DNA of 64,000 nucleotides from Podarcis erhardii (GCA_964252035.1 OZ176200.1), one strand, 5' to 3'; shown: positions 1-14,320, counted from the first letter of the stretch. Notes: generated by a model from the sequence alone, not told the origin. Numbers and translations are program-made.

Positions 1-2840
1 CCCATTGGGTTGGATAAATTGTGCAGCAGATATTTATTTTGGTTAATATGGCATATGCGCAAAATGAGATACAGTCAATTTGCAATTTATACACAATTTA
101 ACTTGAATGAATTTAACTTCACATGCTTGATCTAAAAAAATTAAAGGGAACAGGCTTTTTTGGGGGGTGGGGGGAACGTTGGCAGTCCCACCTGCCATTG
201 CACTCACCTTGGGAGAGCGTTTGGATGTTTGGGGAGCATGTTCAGCAGCCTTTGGATAGTGCGTGTGGCCTTGGGAGAGAGTTTAAAGGTGCAGGGACAG
301 TTTCTTTAGACTATACACGATTTTGGCTTTTCGCGCTATCCCAGTGTGTACTCCCTATATAAGTTGAGAGTCGAATATGCTAGTTAATAGCAGTGCTGTT
401 GATAAGAATTCATCTTGACATAGGGTACAGCAGGCATTGTCAAGGGGGCACCATGAGTGCTGGGGTGCCTCTGAAATCTTCCCCTGCCATCTGCAAAGCC
501 TCTGAGCATACACGCATGCACACACACATTTACTGCCCCTTGGTCATGAGGTGACAAGGGTATATACCTTTTTCTCCCTTTAAATTGACAATGAGCTAAA
601 GGACGAAGTTGGAAGAGTGTTTTTTCCAAGGCCAGGTTAATTTGACTGGATCTTACTTTTACCCACATCCCTTAGAAAAGTGAAGTGTGTATATACACAC
701 TTTGTCTCTTTCAGTCTTGTGGGGAAGACCTGATCTAGGGGAGAGGGGAGAGGAAGGGCCAGAGGTAGGGAGGGGAGCCCATAGCACTCACTCGAAAATC
801 CAAATATGTGCATGGGCCAGAAATGTTTGGCAACTCCTAGGAGATGTAGAGTTGACATTCTGGCAATGTGGGAGCATTTATGTATTCTCCTCCATCTGTT
901 TTCATATATGTTCAGTCATAGCCTTTAAGAAAGGATTAGTGTCAGAGCAAAGTGCTTATTTGAGAGGAATAAGAGGGAAGGAAGTTCAGAGACAGAAGGT
1001 GTTGCGGAAGAAGATGCAAACTTAGCAGTGAGGGACAATTATAGAGGTGCCTCATCAACAAAGAGAAGAAGGAGCAGAGGTGTTGGCAGGAGCCAGTCTG
1101 TCTTCAGGCACAGTAGCGCTAGAGCTTGAAGAGGAAGATTGAAACTGTAAGGCCTGAGTGGCAGGTGTGAGATGCGCTTTGCTGATTGCATATTGAAGTG
1201 CTAGATGAAGGGGTGCAAGGCATCAACGGAGGGGAAGTGGAAGGGAAACGAAAGGGTTTTAATGCTTTGCATTGAGGACAGATGCTGGCAGAGTTTTAAT
1301 TTGGGGGGGGGGAGTATAGAAACATACTCAGAATTTTGATTTGGTTTTGTATTTGTCACTTTCCCAGCCACAAAGCTGAGAACAAACTGGCTCACGGGAA
1401 GAGGCAAGTATTAAAAATAGCAAACCACATAATAGAATATGTAAGAGAAGCCATATCCACACAGGTCAAACCATCCTGTGTTAGGGTGCTAAAATATCAA
1501 CAACCCAGCCAATGGTTTTGGTGACTGATTTTCAAGAAGCTGAGAGATCAGGGAGCACATGACAGAGGGCTGCAGAGTACAATGTACAGGGAAGATAATT
1601 TAAAAGATAAATACATGAGAGTAACTGCTCCAGCATTGGTTCAGAATTAGGTTGTGTTTACTACATCAGTTCTGTGTGTTTTGTTTTCTAGTGGAATATA
1701 CAATCTGCACATAATACCATATTTCATCATTAATATTCTAATACAGTTTTTAAATACAAAAATGGTTAACGCTGTAAGTAAAATGTTTATTCTATTTAGC
1801 AATATTTTTAAATGTATGGTGCTGTAACAAGGAATATATAGTTTTAAATAATAATAATAAATTGTTGCTATACTGGCCAGTTGTATGATTTGAGTATGGC
1901 TAATTTTATTTTAATGTATAATGTTTCTCACCATAAGGTTTCAGAGTGGGTTACAACAATCTAATAATACAGTTAAAAACAAGTAAAATAGTTTATACAA
2001 TTTACGACATGGTTATTAGTTTTAATGTTGCTTTGTTTTTACCATTGGGGGGTGGCTTTGGATTATGACGCTATCACAAGCTAATTTAATTTTATAATTA
2101 GGTATTACCATTACCGAATTGTCCCTTAATTGCTAGCAAAGGCCATGTCAACAAGCCACACAAGTTTAACAAAACAAAAACAAGCCACATGGATGAACTA
2201 ACAACACAGTACAATCAGACTTGGAACAAGGAACGTCCTAGACACCCTTCTCTGTGTCTGATTATATTGTATGTTCATATACAACTGGCTTTCACGTATT
2301 CACGTGTTATAATGACTCCAAGAACAGAAAGAAGGAACTATTTTGTTTCTTTCAATAAAATTCTGAGCAGTTGCAGTGTGCACATGCACACGTGATACAG
2401 TGCTTCCCACTCCTGCACCATTTCAAAGCATGTTGGGAATCGTTCATTTTGCACCATGTTCCTCATTGAAACCTCCCAGCACATAGAAAGCTCATGAATC
2501 CGGGGAAAGGTTAGCGTAGAAGATGATGCAGCATGCACTGCTTCGTGTTTGAATCAGCTCTGAGGCTGCATCCACATGAGCCTACCACTCTTTCAGTCTT
2601 CATTGTTTTGGCACATAGTAGACATCTCTCAGCCATTCTGTCTGTATTAGCCACAAGGAGAAAAATGAAAGCTAAACTTTGCAGATAAGTGTATTAGAAA
2701 ATGTTTAAAGAGTATACATATTTTTATGAATCTCTGACCCAGATGGAAGTCAGGGTGGTGGACACAAAGAGGTCAGAGCATAGATCAAGGACCTTTTTAC
2801 CCTTACTGGGTTTTACAAATCCTGTATAGCTATTCCCTTC

Positions 2841-2929
2841 CCATGGTGGCCATGGTTGCCCACTGTGAAAACAGGATGCTCAACTACATAGGCGATTGGC
2901 CTGATCCATCAGGGGCTTCTTAGATTTAA
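2841..2929 (+). mobile_element. CR1 LINE 3' UTR fragment
   Basis: gttgcccactgtgaaaacaggatgct...ggcctgatccatcaggggcttctta is the reverse-complement counterpart of the CR1 tails at 35147 and 38119. Confidence 0.55.
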
Positions 2930-2994
2930 GAGGAGCCTTTAAATAAGATGCAGAGTCATGTACATGACTAATTGATTCTAATGTGCCCTGTATC

Positions 2995-3123
2995 TCATGG
3001 AATTGTAGAGGTGGAAGGGCCCACGAGGGTCATGCAGTCTAACCCCCTGCCATGCAGGAATCTTTCATTCAAGGGGCTTGGGCCCATGGCCCTGAGTCTC
3101 ATGCTCTACCAACTGAGCTATCC
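2995..3123 (-). mobile_element. tRNA-derived SINE with CR1-type tail (POM-SINE-like; family name from memory)
   Basis: Minus strand reads ggatagctcagttggtagagcatgagactc...gattcctgcatggcagggggttagactg...ccttccacctctacaattccatga; same family as 26285 and 61164. Confidence 0.7.
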
Positions 3124-6100
3124 TGTTTCTCTTGTATATGCAGGCCCTATTCTGTAATGGGCTGAGAGGGCATTTTAATTGTTAATAGCCCCCTTTTTGA
3201 AAGTGCCATAGGTGGCCTCGCACCACAAATCAAACTTCAGTGGTTGATGTTCTGGCTAGAACTGCAAAGCATTTGCAGGCAGCCAAAATGCAGTATTGGA
3301 TCCTGAATTTCCAAGGGCGTACTTTTATGATTTAGGGATGCTTTTAGTTGTTTCCAAGATTGATTCATAGAAGTTATCGTGAAGTTCTTGTTTACACATG
3401 CTTGGTATTGCGTGGGGTGTTAGCTACATTCCTTGCTTACTATCTTGGATCATTGCTATGCTACTGTGTTTGCTTGCTGTGAAACACGAACCCCACCTAC
3501 ACCTGCCTGCTCACCTGTGGAAATCACCATGCTAGTATATTGCATAGGCACTTCTTTCGAGATGAAGTTGCAGCAAGTTTCCAAATTTTCATTCTGGTTC
3601 AGCCTTGGGTTTAAACCCATTTGATAGTGTAAACAGATTAAAGTGAGTTAGAGCAGTTGGGTTTGTTAAGTCACAATAAATGATCATGTAAACAAGCCCC
3701 CCAATCGGTTGAAAACATGGCCTTTGGCAAGTAGGAAGAATGACGGACTAACTCGCACTGAATGTGGCCGCTTATCCCAAGCCAAGTACTGAATGTTTAG
3801 GACTCCTGGGGAGTGTTTAGAGGGGGTCACTGGGGAGATTATTCAGATTTTGAAGTGGTCCTCATTGAGCACTGGCTGACTCCCACACCCCTTTGAGCTG
3901 CCTGCCTGAATGGACAAGAGCACTCAGAAGCACTTGCTACTTAGCAGACAAAAGGTGCTGTGCACACTTTCCCCACCCCCTTATCCTTGCCGTGCTATTG
4001 GGGCTCTTGTGCTTGGTGCCCTTTCTCTGCTTTGATTGGGTGCTCGCCCAGTGATTTGCTCAGGGAACAGACTCCGTAAAACCAACAATACCGGCTGTGC
4101 TGGAGGTCTCCGGTGTGGAGGGAAACACTCCAAAAGGAACTGTGACTTCTCATGGAGCCAGCTGATAAGAGATTTTGAGGCGGACCGCTTTAAAGTTTTG
4201 TGGTTACTGTTTTATAGACATCGTCAAGATCTGTCGTGTGATTCCACATTTAGGAAACTGGCACAATCACATTCCTCCAAGTTAGGAAAATCGGAGTTGC
4301 TTTGTTTAGCAACGAAGCACCTCAGTCTAGCAGGCTGCACCCCTTCCTGGCTCTTGCTCAGACCCTGATCTACTTAGGTCTTTCAATGTGGTTCCTCCGC
4401 CCCATCCCAATAGCCTCCCATGGAGCTACCTGGGCACTTCAGGGGCAGTGCTGAAGTTCTTGCCTGTCTCCTCTTCTCCTGTGGCCAGGAGGAGAAGAAG
4501 GGAAGTCTTGGAGCTAGCCAGGAAGTGAGGTAGGTGATCTGGTTAGTCCGTGTGTGATGGCTCCTCGGGATCATTGACAGGATGGAGATCTGCTGGGGAT
4601 GGGATCCTGCTCCTCTTGCTCTTTACTTGAGGAGACCTCAAGTTTGAAATCTGGGTAGGGCTGAATCCTGGCAGGCACATACACGCCTTATTGAACCTCT
4701 TCAAGTGAACACAGAAGCAAAACAAAAACAAAGATATAGATTGATATCTTTGATTGATCTCCTCTCTTTTTCTGTTTTTTTGTATGAATAAACTAATCCC
4801 AATCTTGCCATCTTGCCTGGCATTGATGAGGGGGTGGAAAAGAGAAAAGGCTTCAAAACTAAACATCAGCAGTTCTGTTTGTGTGCTGCTTCCCTCCTTC
4901 CATATTTTGATTGCTTCTACTCCTCCTATGCCGTCTTTTTAAACATAGATATGATATGTTGTACTAGGATATTTGCAAAATGTCTTTAGGTGCTGGTACA
5001 AATGGAAAAAAGACAACCCCAGGTGTTCAATAACTTTCTGAAAAATAGAGGCCTTTTAAACCCCTCTTTCGCCTGAGAGAGAGATCTTTTAAACTTCTTG
5101 ATCATGTAAGGTATTTAGAGCATGCTGGTCACCAGGGTCATGTCTAAACACTTGAGTAGGTGTGCTCAGACTGAATGGCTGAGTGGAAACTTGAACCTCA
5201 GTGTCCCTGGTCTTAATCCAACGCTAACTGCAGCACCACACCAGTCCTCTTGATTAGTTCACCTGATGCATTTGTAGCAAGTATTTGGGGAACCAAACAA
5301 ATCAAAAGTTTTAAAAAGAGTGGGAGTATTATAGAGTATATTTAGAAAAATATTGTTCCCAAGTAAAATCCTTAATGTGCTTTGATTAATTTTCACAAAT
5401 TATACAACAAGACAGATAATGTATCTCATACAATACCGGTGAATTACAAGGTGAAAAAGGACGCAGTTAAAAAAAGAGGAAAAGGACCTGTAGTGAGGTG
5501 GATGGAAGTCACACCTAAAAAGTACAGTAGAAGGTTATTTATCTGTGATTTAATGTATCAGAGACATTTTTGTTGAATTGTGTTTTCTTTTTTGTATCTT
5601 ATTTTATTTTGAATAACAAATGGAATAATTGTAATACTTAACAAAATCAATAAAGAGCATGGGGGGAGCGGAAGTATTTGGGGAACTTGTGAAATTTCTG
5701 TCTGCACATTTACTACCTGCTGCTGTGGTGAGGAAACAGCACAAAAATGTTTTATGGCTTCATCAGGCAGAAAGTTTTGGGTGTCTCTGTAGCAAGCGTC
5801 TAGTGAAGCTGCACCTGTAGAATCTCTGCCTGGACATTTTATAATTCCCTCCACTGCCCTGCTTTACAAATTGCTTTGTGCCAGAGTGTCTTTTCAAATA
5901 TTTAACTTATTCAAACTAAGCTGTGTGTTCTCCCCTCTACCCTAAATTCAGCATGGACCATACTTTAAAACTTACCTTTCCTGCACTGTCAAGTTTCATA
6001 TTGGTCACTGGGTTCAGGCATATACTTTGCAACAAGTTGAGCAGTTTTTAACTATAAGTTGAAGAACCTATTCCCCCTCTTTTTCATTATATGGCAAAAT

Positions 6101-6217
6101 GCAGTTCTGCCAACTTGCCCTTTTCAACATAGGTCTGCTACTGTGGCTATATAATAATTGTAAACGGTCCATTGATTTCTTCGCTAATTTTGGAATGCAC
6201 AAAAATATGGGACACAA

Positions 6218-6315
6218 CAGCATTTGCCCTCCTGGTGCCCTCCAGTTATTTTGGACTACAACTCCCACCAGCCCCAGTCCAAAAATTCTGGAGGGAACCA
6301 GGTTAGCAAAGGCCC
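6218..6315. mobile_element. Short palindromic hAT-type MITE, degenerate
   Basis: ctggtgccctccag-ttattttggactacaactccc ... ttctggagggaaccagg inverted arms; same family as 7103-7205. Confidence 0.6.
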
Positions 6316-7102
6316 CTCCAAACCATTACTCCCCCCCCCCCAAAGAGCCTTACTTGCAAGATTCAAATTTCAGGTTTCTGCTTTGCTAATAGCAACTAGA
6401 ATTACCAGTATATATTTTATATGTATTCAGTATACATACATATGCACATACAAATGTATTCAGCTATAAACAGGCTCTTGAAGCAACCTACACATCAGAT
6501 ACTAAAACAGTAAAATAGTCAGTCAAATGAATCATAACAGCAGTGGCACCTAGATAAACAATTTAATCTGATGTTGTCTGCATATAATTTAGGCCCAGAT
6601 CCCTTTGACATACACCCTCTATTGAATTGTGGTTGGCTATAGGTTTCCTCCTTCGTTTACCAATATCTTCTTTAAGTTACTGGTCTTCAGAAGTTTCTTC
6701 TGCCCTCTCCATTTTTCTCATCTACGGGATGAGAGGCTGACATTGGCTTTTTATTCTTTACCTCCTGTTTTTTTGTTTGTTTGTTTGTTTGTTTTGTTGC
6801 TGAATGGAATGCTCTATTTGTTTTACAAGCCAAACTATAGAATCGACAATGATTTACAAGTCTACAGCATACTTCAGGAAGGCCTTGTAGTGTGCTCGGT
6901 GACTTGCTTCACCCATTGTATGAGTGTCCAGTATAATTCAAGGCACAAACCACTGTTTGAAAGCTTGGATAGGGGCACAGTTCCTCTGCCACCTGTACTT
7001 AAAAAATTCTGTTTCCTATGAGAGCGTGACCCTTTGCTGTGAACGCTATAGATATTCTGATGACCCAGTAGGCGATTTTGTCACTTTTGCCTATTCTTAG
7101 CA

Positions 7103-7205
7103 CAGCCTTTCACAACTTGGTGACGTCAGATCATTTCAACCACAATTTCCATCACGGGGTTTGTAGTTCAAAACATCTGGATGGCAACAGTGTTGAAGAA
7201 GGCTG
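7103..7205. mobile_element. Short palindromic hAT-type MITE
   Basis: Termini cagcctt...aaggctg are inverted repeats; flanks tcttagca / tcatagct match 6/8 as an 8-bp TSD. Confidence 0.65.
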
Positions 7206-7800
7206 TCATAGCTGGACTACATTTGCTGTTGCCCATTTGGAGTTCGGTAACTAATCTCAAATAAAATGTATGTGCTGAGACATTAGTCTGCGTGACACAG
7301 GATTATTTTGTGCACACAGAAAATATGTCCCACAAAAGCTAATTTATCTTTGTTGCTCATATCCCAATTAACTTTTTTTGTTAGAATGCCAAGCTGGAGG
7401 TTTGCTGGCCATCCATCATGTATGCCTTAGCAAAGATTTCTGCATTGCAGTAGCTAACCCTTGCGGTCCCTTCCAACTCCACAATTCCATGCTTCTGTGA
7501 TTCTATGATTCTGTTCAGCTAACAACAGATCAAGAGCAGAAACAATGCCTCTATTAATATAATGCTTAATGCAAGTTTAACTTTTAAATACTAACGTTGA
7601 TACGTGCTCAATTTACACATACACACACAAAAGTTGCTTTCTGGGTGAAGCATGATTGGAGGGAAATCGCTTGATTCAATCTTGTACAAGGAGGCAGATA
7701 CTACAAATGGAATGGGGGTTTGTAAGTAGCCACTTGCCTAGTTGAGAAGCAGATCCTTATGCAGCCATGCTCACAGGACTGCAGGCTCTCAATGAACTCT

Positions 7801-7943
7801 TGAGTTTATAGCAGTGGGTCACTGCATCTGACTGTTAACCAGAAGGCTGGTGGTTTGAGCCCACACAGGGATGACTATGGGCAGGATTCCTGCATTGCAG
7901 TGGGTTGGCCCTCAGGGTCCCTTCCAACTCAACAATTCTGTGA
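7801..7943 (+). mobile_element. tRNA-derived SINE (tRNA-Asn-like head) with CR1-type tail
   Basis: ctgactgttaaccagaaggctggtggtttgagcccac resembles the tRNA-Asn anticodon/T arm; the tail ggtcccttccaactcaacaattctgtga is shared with other SINEs here. Confidence 0.55.
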
Positions 7944-8574
7944 CACTCCAGTCTCACAGTTCTTCACAAGCCATGAAGTTATTATATCCCCAAACAAATC
8001 CAGACAGACTCAGCTTTGCCTACCAAGTGTGACAGTCTTCACATTTGTACAGAATACCAGTTGCAAATGGATCCACGCCCACTCTGGTGGGATCCTTTAA
8101 ATCATTTGTGCTGTGCACAAATATGACACACCTCCCTCTTGCATTGCTAGGCCTTCTGGTCTCACTTTGTAATAACATCCCTCCTCCTAGTCTGTACTAT
8201 GTGTCTACGTGTATATGTCAGAGGAAGGTAAAGCTTCAGGCAAGTATCAAAATGGGCTCTTGCCCATGGAAACTTTATCTTAAAAGAGATTTGCCCTTAA
8301 GTAGTTTTTGTTGCAGCAGACTTATCATGACTATTTGGAAAGTACAGTAAAAAAAGAGAGAGTTTTCTGTGTTTTTTCATAGAATCATGGATTAGAAAGT
8401 GACTGAAATATAATTAATTTTAATCCCTAACATGAGTCAAGATGGTCAATTCAAAGATGAATCACAGTGTACCACAAGTAAGTAGCAAGTGCCTCACTCA
8501 ATGTACTTCTAGCTAAGGAGGACTGCACCAGAGGGAAACAGATTTCGCATGGCTGTGGATACCGTTGCTGATAA

Positions 8575-8942
8575 GTAAAGGTAAATGGACCCCTGACCAT
8601 TACGTCCAGTCATGACTGACTCTGGGGTTGCGGCACTCATCTTGCTTTACTGGCCGAGGGAGCCGACGTTTGTCCGCAGACAGTTTTTTCCGGGTCATGT
8701 GGCCAGCATGACTAAGCCGCTTCTGGCAAACCAGAGCAGCGCACGGAAACGCCGTTTACCTTCCCGCCGGAGCGGTACCTATTTATCTACTTGCACTTTG
8801 ACGTGCTTTTGAACTGCTAGGTTGGCAGGAGCAGGAACAGAACAATGGGAGCTCACCCCGTCGTGGGGATTCGAACTGCCACCCTTCTGATCGGCAAGTC
8901 CTAGGCTCTGTGGTTTAACTCACAGCGCCACCCGTGCCCCTG
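8575..8942 (+). mobile_element. Sauria SINE (Squam1), full length
   Basis: Starts gtaaaggtaaatggacccctgacc, has the core cggtacctatttatctacttgcac and ends cacagcgccacccg. 15-bp TSD taccgttgctgataa (8560-8574) / tactgttgctgataa (8943-8957), one CpG-type mismatch. Confidence 0.9.
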
Positions 8943-9200
8943 TACTGTTGCTGATAAAATACAGCAAAACACCTGATCTTGTATTTCTGCCTCTAGGGCT
9001 GGTCATATGGTTTGAAAAGCAGAAGAACATAGGAAGCTCCCTTCCACTGAACCTGAACCATTGGTCTGTCTGGCTCAGTTTTGTCTACTTTGACTGGCAG
9101 TAGGCACTCAAGCGCTGTCTGGAAACACCAGGAATTGAACCTGGGACCTTCTGAGCTTCCCAAAGATGAAGGGTAGAGTTGAGAAATTGGTTGATTATGT

Positions 9201-9294
9201 GGCTCCTTCGGCCAGTAAAGCAAGATGAGCGCCGCAGCCCCAGAGTTGTCCGTGACTGGACCTAACTGTCAGGGGTCCCTTTACTTTTACCTTT
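9201..9294 (-). mobile_element. Sauria SINE 5' fragment
   Basis: Reverse complement of aaaggtaaaagtaaagggacccctgacagttaggtccagtcacg...ttgctttactggccgaaggagcc. Confidence 0.8.
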
Positions 9295-11021
9295 AGGTTT
9301 TTCCCCAATCCTGTCTTCTATGGAATGATGTTAATCTGTGATTCTAAGCTTATGAATTCAGAATTCTAGGGTGGTATTCTTTCGTGGTATCCTTGTAGCC
9401 TTTATGTGTACTTATATCCTTCTTTTTTTTAAAAAAAAGCCTTTTCTGCTTTTGCATCAGTATCTGCCTGTAGGCATTTTATGATGGTTCTGCTTTCCTT
9501 GGCTTGAGTAGGGCAGCTTTTTCTCTGCACGTGCTCTCTGTTGCTCTTCTAATTAATCTTCCAGACTTTCATTTTTAAAACTCCCTTTTGTTTAATTTGT
9601 GAGAAAGGGGCCTCCCAAATAGAACTGTCCTCTGACAACATCTCCTTGGGGGGTGAAGAGTGCCCATGTGTAAGTAAGGAAGATTTAAAAGACTCGGAGA
9701 TTGGCATAGGAACAGTTGCAAATTGCTACAGGAATATTGTTGTATGGAGCTGGCACACAGAAGCCCACTGGGCGCAAATATATTGAAGAAATCCAATGTC
9801 TTGCTTTCTTACCAAGAGGGACTTTGAGGAATTCACATTAGCTGCCGTGCTGTCCTTTTGAAGCATTGTCTCCTCCCTGGCTGAGCTGCAGAATAGTCAC
9901 TTATTTTGTTGTCTGAGAAAAGAAACATCCCAGATTTTTTGACCTCTAAATTCTGTATTCCTTTCTTTTGCTCTCTCTCTCTCTCTCTTTAAAATGTTTC
10001 TCCCCTTGGGCATTGTGGGAGAATCTTCGCCTCTGCAGGGGATTGTGGGAACCGTTCTGGCCTCACTTATCACCAGTGACAAATCAATGGCAGGCTTCAG
10101 AAAGCTGAACCCCAGGATTCCAGCTCAGCCCAGCCTGGGAGCAGTGGGAGGCTTCCCTGGTGGATAAAAGGCTCCTTGCAGCTCTGACTTGTTGCCTTAA
10201 ATCTAACGGAGAAACCTTTTCACTCCCTTTAAAAGCAGCCCTCCCCTCCCATCTCAATTTGTCTTGAGGAGGGGCGGAGGGAAGAATTGCTAAAGAGGGA
10301 GAATGGAAATGGGGGTGGGGGGAGAGGGTTTAGGTTGGTAATGGTTTTTCTGTTTCCTTTTCACAATGGCCTGGCCAGTGCATGCAGAGCTGGACTCACA
10401 AAGCCTCCCCGAAGCGGCTGGATTCCCGCAGGGCTCCTCACAGTGCAAGTTTGCTGTGTGTATTCCCATCTACAATACAGCGAGACTCTGCAACAATCTC
10501 CAGTTTGGGGCAAATATTTCCACAGCTTTCTCCTAATGGCTCTTTTTAGGGGGGGGAGTGGTGGTAACAAGAGGAGGTGCGTGTGCGAAGAAGGATAAAT
10601 GCATTGAGGGTGGGGGCTATCTCTTGCTTTGTTAATTTGTGTTTTTGGCAGGGTTTAATTTCAAAAAGACTTGCTTTATTTTTTATTAGTGCTTGAAATA
10701 CAAAGCTGACTAGGTGGACGCCCTGCGAGATGCCTGTGCAGATTTGGTTCACCCAGGGAGAGGGAAATGAACATGACACATAAGTAGAGAAGCTCTTCTT
10801 TTTAATACAAATCCACAGATTCCAGGAATAAGGGCTGCCAGTGTTGATATGTCTTGATTCAGGGCTTTGGTTCAAATGAGTTCCAGTGTTTGAGTTCTAA
10901 GGGTGCATTTAAATTAGCTGTTACAGCCAAGTGGCACTTGAAAATTTACTATAAGCCATTGTGGCTTATATTTGCACTAGCTATGGATATGCAGATGCCT
11001 CAAAGTAACTTTAAAGGCACA

Positions 11022-11351
11022 GGTAAAAGTTAAAGGACCCCTGACGGTTAGGTCCAGCATTCATCTCCGCTTTCAGGCTGAGGGTGCTGGCATTTATCCA
11101 CAGACAGCTTTTCAGGTCCTGTGGCCAGCATGACTAAACTGCTTCTGGCGCATGGAGGACCGTGGTGAGTGCCAGAGCGCATGGAAACGCTGTTTACCTT
11201 CCCGCCACAGCGGTACCTGTTTATCTACTTGCACTGGTGTGCTTTCGAACTGCTAGGTTGGCAGGCGCTGGGACAGAGCAACGGGAGCTCACCCTGTTGT
11301 GCAGGGCCCAAGAGATTCTGTGGTTTGGACCACAGTGCCATTCATGTCCCT
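11022..11351 (+). mobile_element. Sauria SINE, more diverged subfamily
   Basis: ggtaaaagttaaaggacccctgacggttaggtccag ... tgtggccagcatgactaa ... cggtacctgtttatctacttgcac ... ccacagtgcca. Confidence 0.85.
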
Positions 11352-12404
11352 GAAGTAACTCTAGCCGATAAAGAAAGGTATATATAGAAACCTCTGCCCA
11401 TTCCAACCCACGCTGACCCCAGTCAGATGCATGGGGGGGGGTAGGGTTTGGATTGCAGCCTAAGCTAATTGTCTAAGTTACTCACTTATATCTGAACAAA
11501 CACATTTATGAAATGCCTTGCCCACTGCTTCACCTCAAGCTCACTCACTAAACAAGTTCTTTAAAATAACATAGGGGTGTGGGTATATATGACTTCTTAG
11601 GTGTGCATACTATAGGCTCTGACCTTGAGAAAGTTATTTGACACCACAGGAACTTAACTTAGTCACTACTAAATTGTCGCATAGATTTGAATGGGTAAAA
11701 CATTTTTTAAAATTGGCAAAACATTTAAAAAGATATATAAATGATGTAGTTTTAAATCTTCACACAGAGCTGTAAAATTTTCTGTCTCATAAATTGTGTA
11801 TATAATTTACTGTCTTTTAGATTATCTGTCTCTCTGAGTAATGAGGTTCAGGAAGATTTTTCTTTTGTTGATGTGCGTAGGGCAGAATTGCTAGGGACAA
11901 AAATATCATCTAGAGAGGTAGAGTCATCCATCCAGCAATCCCTCGCAAATAATCCAGCAAAATCCAAAATACAGTGTGTGTTTGCCATTGTGGGAAAGTA
12001 TGGATGAAGCACTGAGAGGGTGATGTGAAGCACCTGGCACACGCAGGACTAGTGGCTTACTCCTAGCAGAAAAGATCCTGAAGCTGTTAGTAAACTGTGA
12101 CAAAATCTGAGGGAATCCTGTATATGTGCATGCAGAGAGAGGTACATGCATATAACAAAGTAGTACAGAATGAAGTTGCTGCTATCATTTCCTTTTACAG
12201 CTGGAGAGAGTAACTTGTCTGAAACCTCATAAGCAAATATGATAGCACTGCACTTAGAACCTTGGTTTCCCAGATAAACAAAACAAAACATTAGAGTCTC
12301 TGTTTGGCTTTTGGCTTAAAAAATATGGTATGTACCATATCTTTCCTTTGTCTGTTTGTTAGATAAACAAATGTTGCCCTCATGCTAAGTCCACAGATTA
12401 GTGG

Positions 12405-12407
<3 letters not shown>

Positions 12408-12459
<52 letters not shown>
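12408..12459. repeat. (TA)26 microsatellite
   Basis: Direct reading. Confidence 0.98.
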
Positions 12460-12463
<4 letters not shown>

Positions 12464-13683
12464 AGTAAAATGAATTTTCCCAGGTTCACACTCATCTGTA
12501 AAGCCATATGAAACAGTCTCTCCTTTAAAAAGCCTTGCGACATATTTTCCACCCAAATGCATAACTAGGAACCTGGCAACCTGTTTACAAGTTCACTGAA
12601 GGCCTGCCATTTGGAAATTATTGATTTATTTGTAGTATTTATTTACTTTATTGGTCGCTTTCCATTCAGAAATTATCAAATTACTTACAGGGATAAAATT
12701 TCCAGTATGCAGTACATTAAAAAAAAGCAAACCCAAATACAAAACACCAACATGGTTAAGCTATTTAAAACAAATCCCCCCATTCTTCAAACAGAGGCTT
12801 GACCACCAGGCAAATGACCCAGAAAATGGCATCAACTGCTGCAGAAAATTAACATTCAAATGCCTGAGAGAAGAGAAACCTCTTTGTGTGACACCAGAAA
12901 AATGGTTAGTGTTTGCCAGGTGAGATTCCCTGAATGTTCCTTAAGGTGAGGGGGGGGGGGCACTACTCAAAAGGCCCGTTATGTTGCCACCACCCTCCGG
13001 TCTTCTTGCCTCAGAGTCCAGCATGGTTCCTATAGAGAAAGGTGTTTTGTAAGGCTTTGTAGGTTTAAAACAACACTTTAAATCTTCAGCTTGAAAAGCT
13101 GTCTGAAAGAGAGCTTGAAGGATTGAATTCTTTGCTGTAAAATTCAGAACAACTGAACACTACATAATGAGTCCTTTGGCAGTTTTGATGCTTAGGATCA
13201 CATTGGTGGCATAGAGCTATATCCCTTTTATGAGCCACTTCAAATGAGAAGAGATAATCTGAAAAGCAGGCAATTGTATTTAAATAGTGTGATTTTCTAT
13301 AGGCACTGTTTTCCTTCATCCTGTGCCTGTCTGTTGTTTGTAAGCAAAGACTTCTGCAATACTGATTGATAAGAGTTTACCTGACTGGCCTTGTTACACC
13401 ACTAAATCCCAGAGGGAGATTAATTTAAGGAACCAATAGAAAAGGAAACAGACAATTAATATTGTGAGGTGAGAGGAGCTTCCTCTTCTCTACACAATTA
13501 CGTTGATATCACTTGGGACATCGTAAGTGTACAGTTCATAATTTTTGGAATAATTCATATAGTTACCAGCAGATTTACCTGATGTGCAATATTTGGTAGC
13601 TTCAGAATGGCAGCAGGACAATTAATAACCTACAATTTCCTGAGTAACTTGATTTTTCGGACCCATTTAAGTGACCTTTACCA

Positions 13684-14320
13684 GGGGGTAGATACTGTGA
13701 TTCTCTTGGACCTCATGGCAGGTTTTGACACCATTGACCCATAATATCCTGAACCAGCTGTTTGCATCAGTGGCATTTTTTGGCATTGACAGTTGTATTC
13801 ATTTATTTGTCTACATATTTATGATCCTCACTTCTGTAAGAAATATTTCAAGGCAATGTACAACATGTGAGAATAAAATGAATGAAATATCCATAAAATG
13901 TCACTAAGAACATCAACATAACCTAAGTAAATTCTGACATCCACAACCTGATGGGAATGTGGCTGAAGGTACCGCTGGGGGATTGTGAACAGTCTTGGGA
14001 GTCTCCCACTTGGTTCGCCGTGCTTTTCAACATCTAAATAAAGCTCCTTGGGGAGGCCATTCAGAGCTGAGTGAGTGGCCCAGATTATCCAGAAATGGTT
14101 GTTCATCCTCTTTGTGATGAGGCCCCTGCCACTGTGATATGTGCCATGGAAACCTCTTTGGATTGCTGCAGTGTACTGCACATAGTGCTACCTTTGAAGA
14201 ATGTTTGGAAACCAGAGCTGGTCAAAAATTCTGCACCTCAACTGACTTGAAGTGATTACCATGTTATTTCTGGGCTCAGTTCAAAGAGCTGCTGTTAACC
14301 TGGCCTCAGGCTTTAAACAT
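13684..14320 (+). mobile_element. Degraded L2-type LINE ORF2 fragments
   Basis: 13700-13738 translates ILLDLMAGFDTID (RT motif LLDLSAAFDT). About 14162-14237 translates DCCSVLHIVLPLKNVWKPELVKNSA (cf. LDYCNALYVGLPLKTVRKLQLVQNAAA). Frameshifts and stops present. Confidence 0.6.

Noticed and set aside
8612-8812. Similar ORFs at 8612, 11162 and 24399 (…SMTKPLLAN…GTYLSTCTL…) resembling a small paralogous gene family
   Set aside because: All three are translations of Sauria SINE copies.
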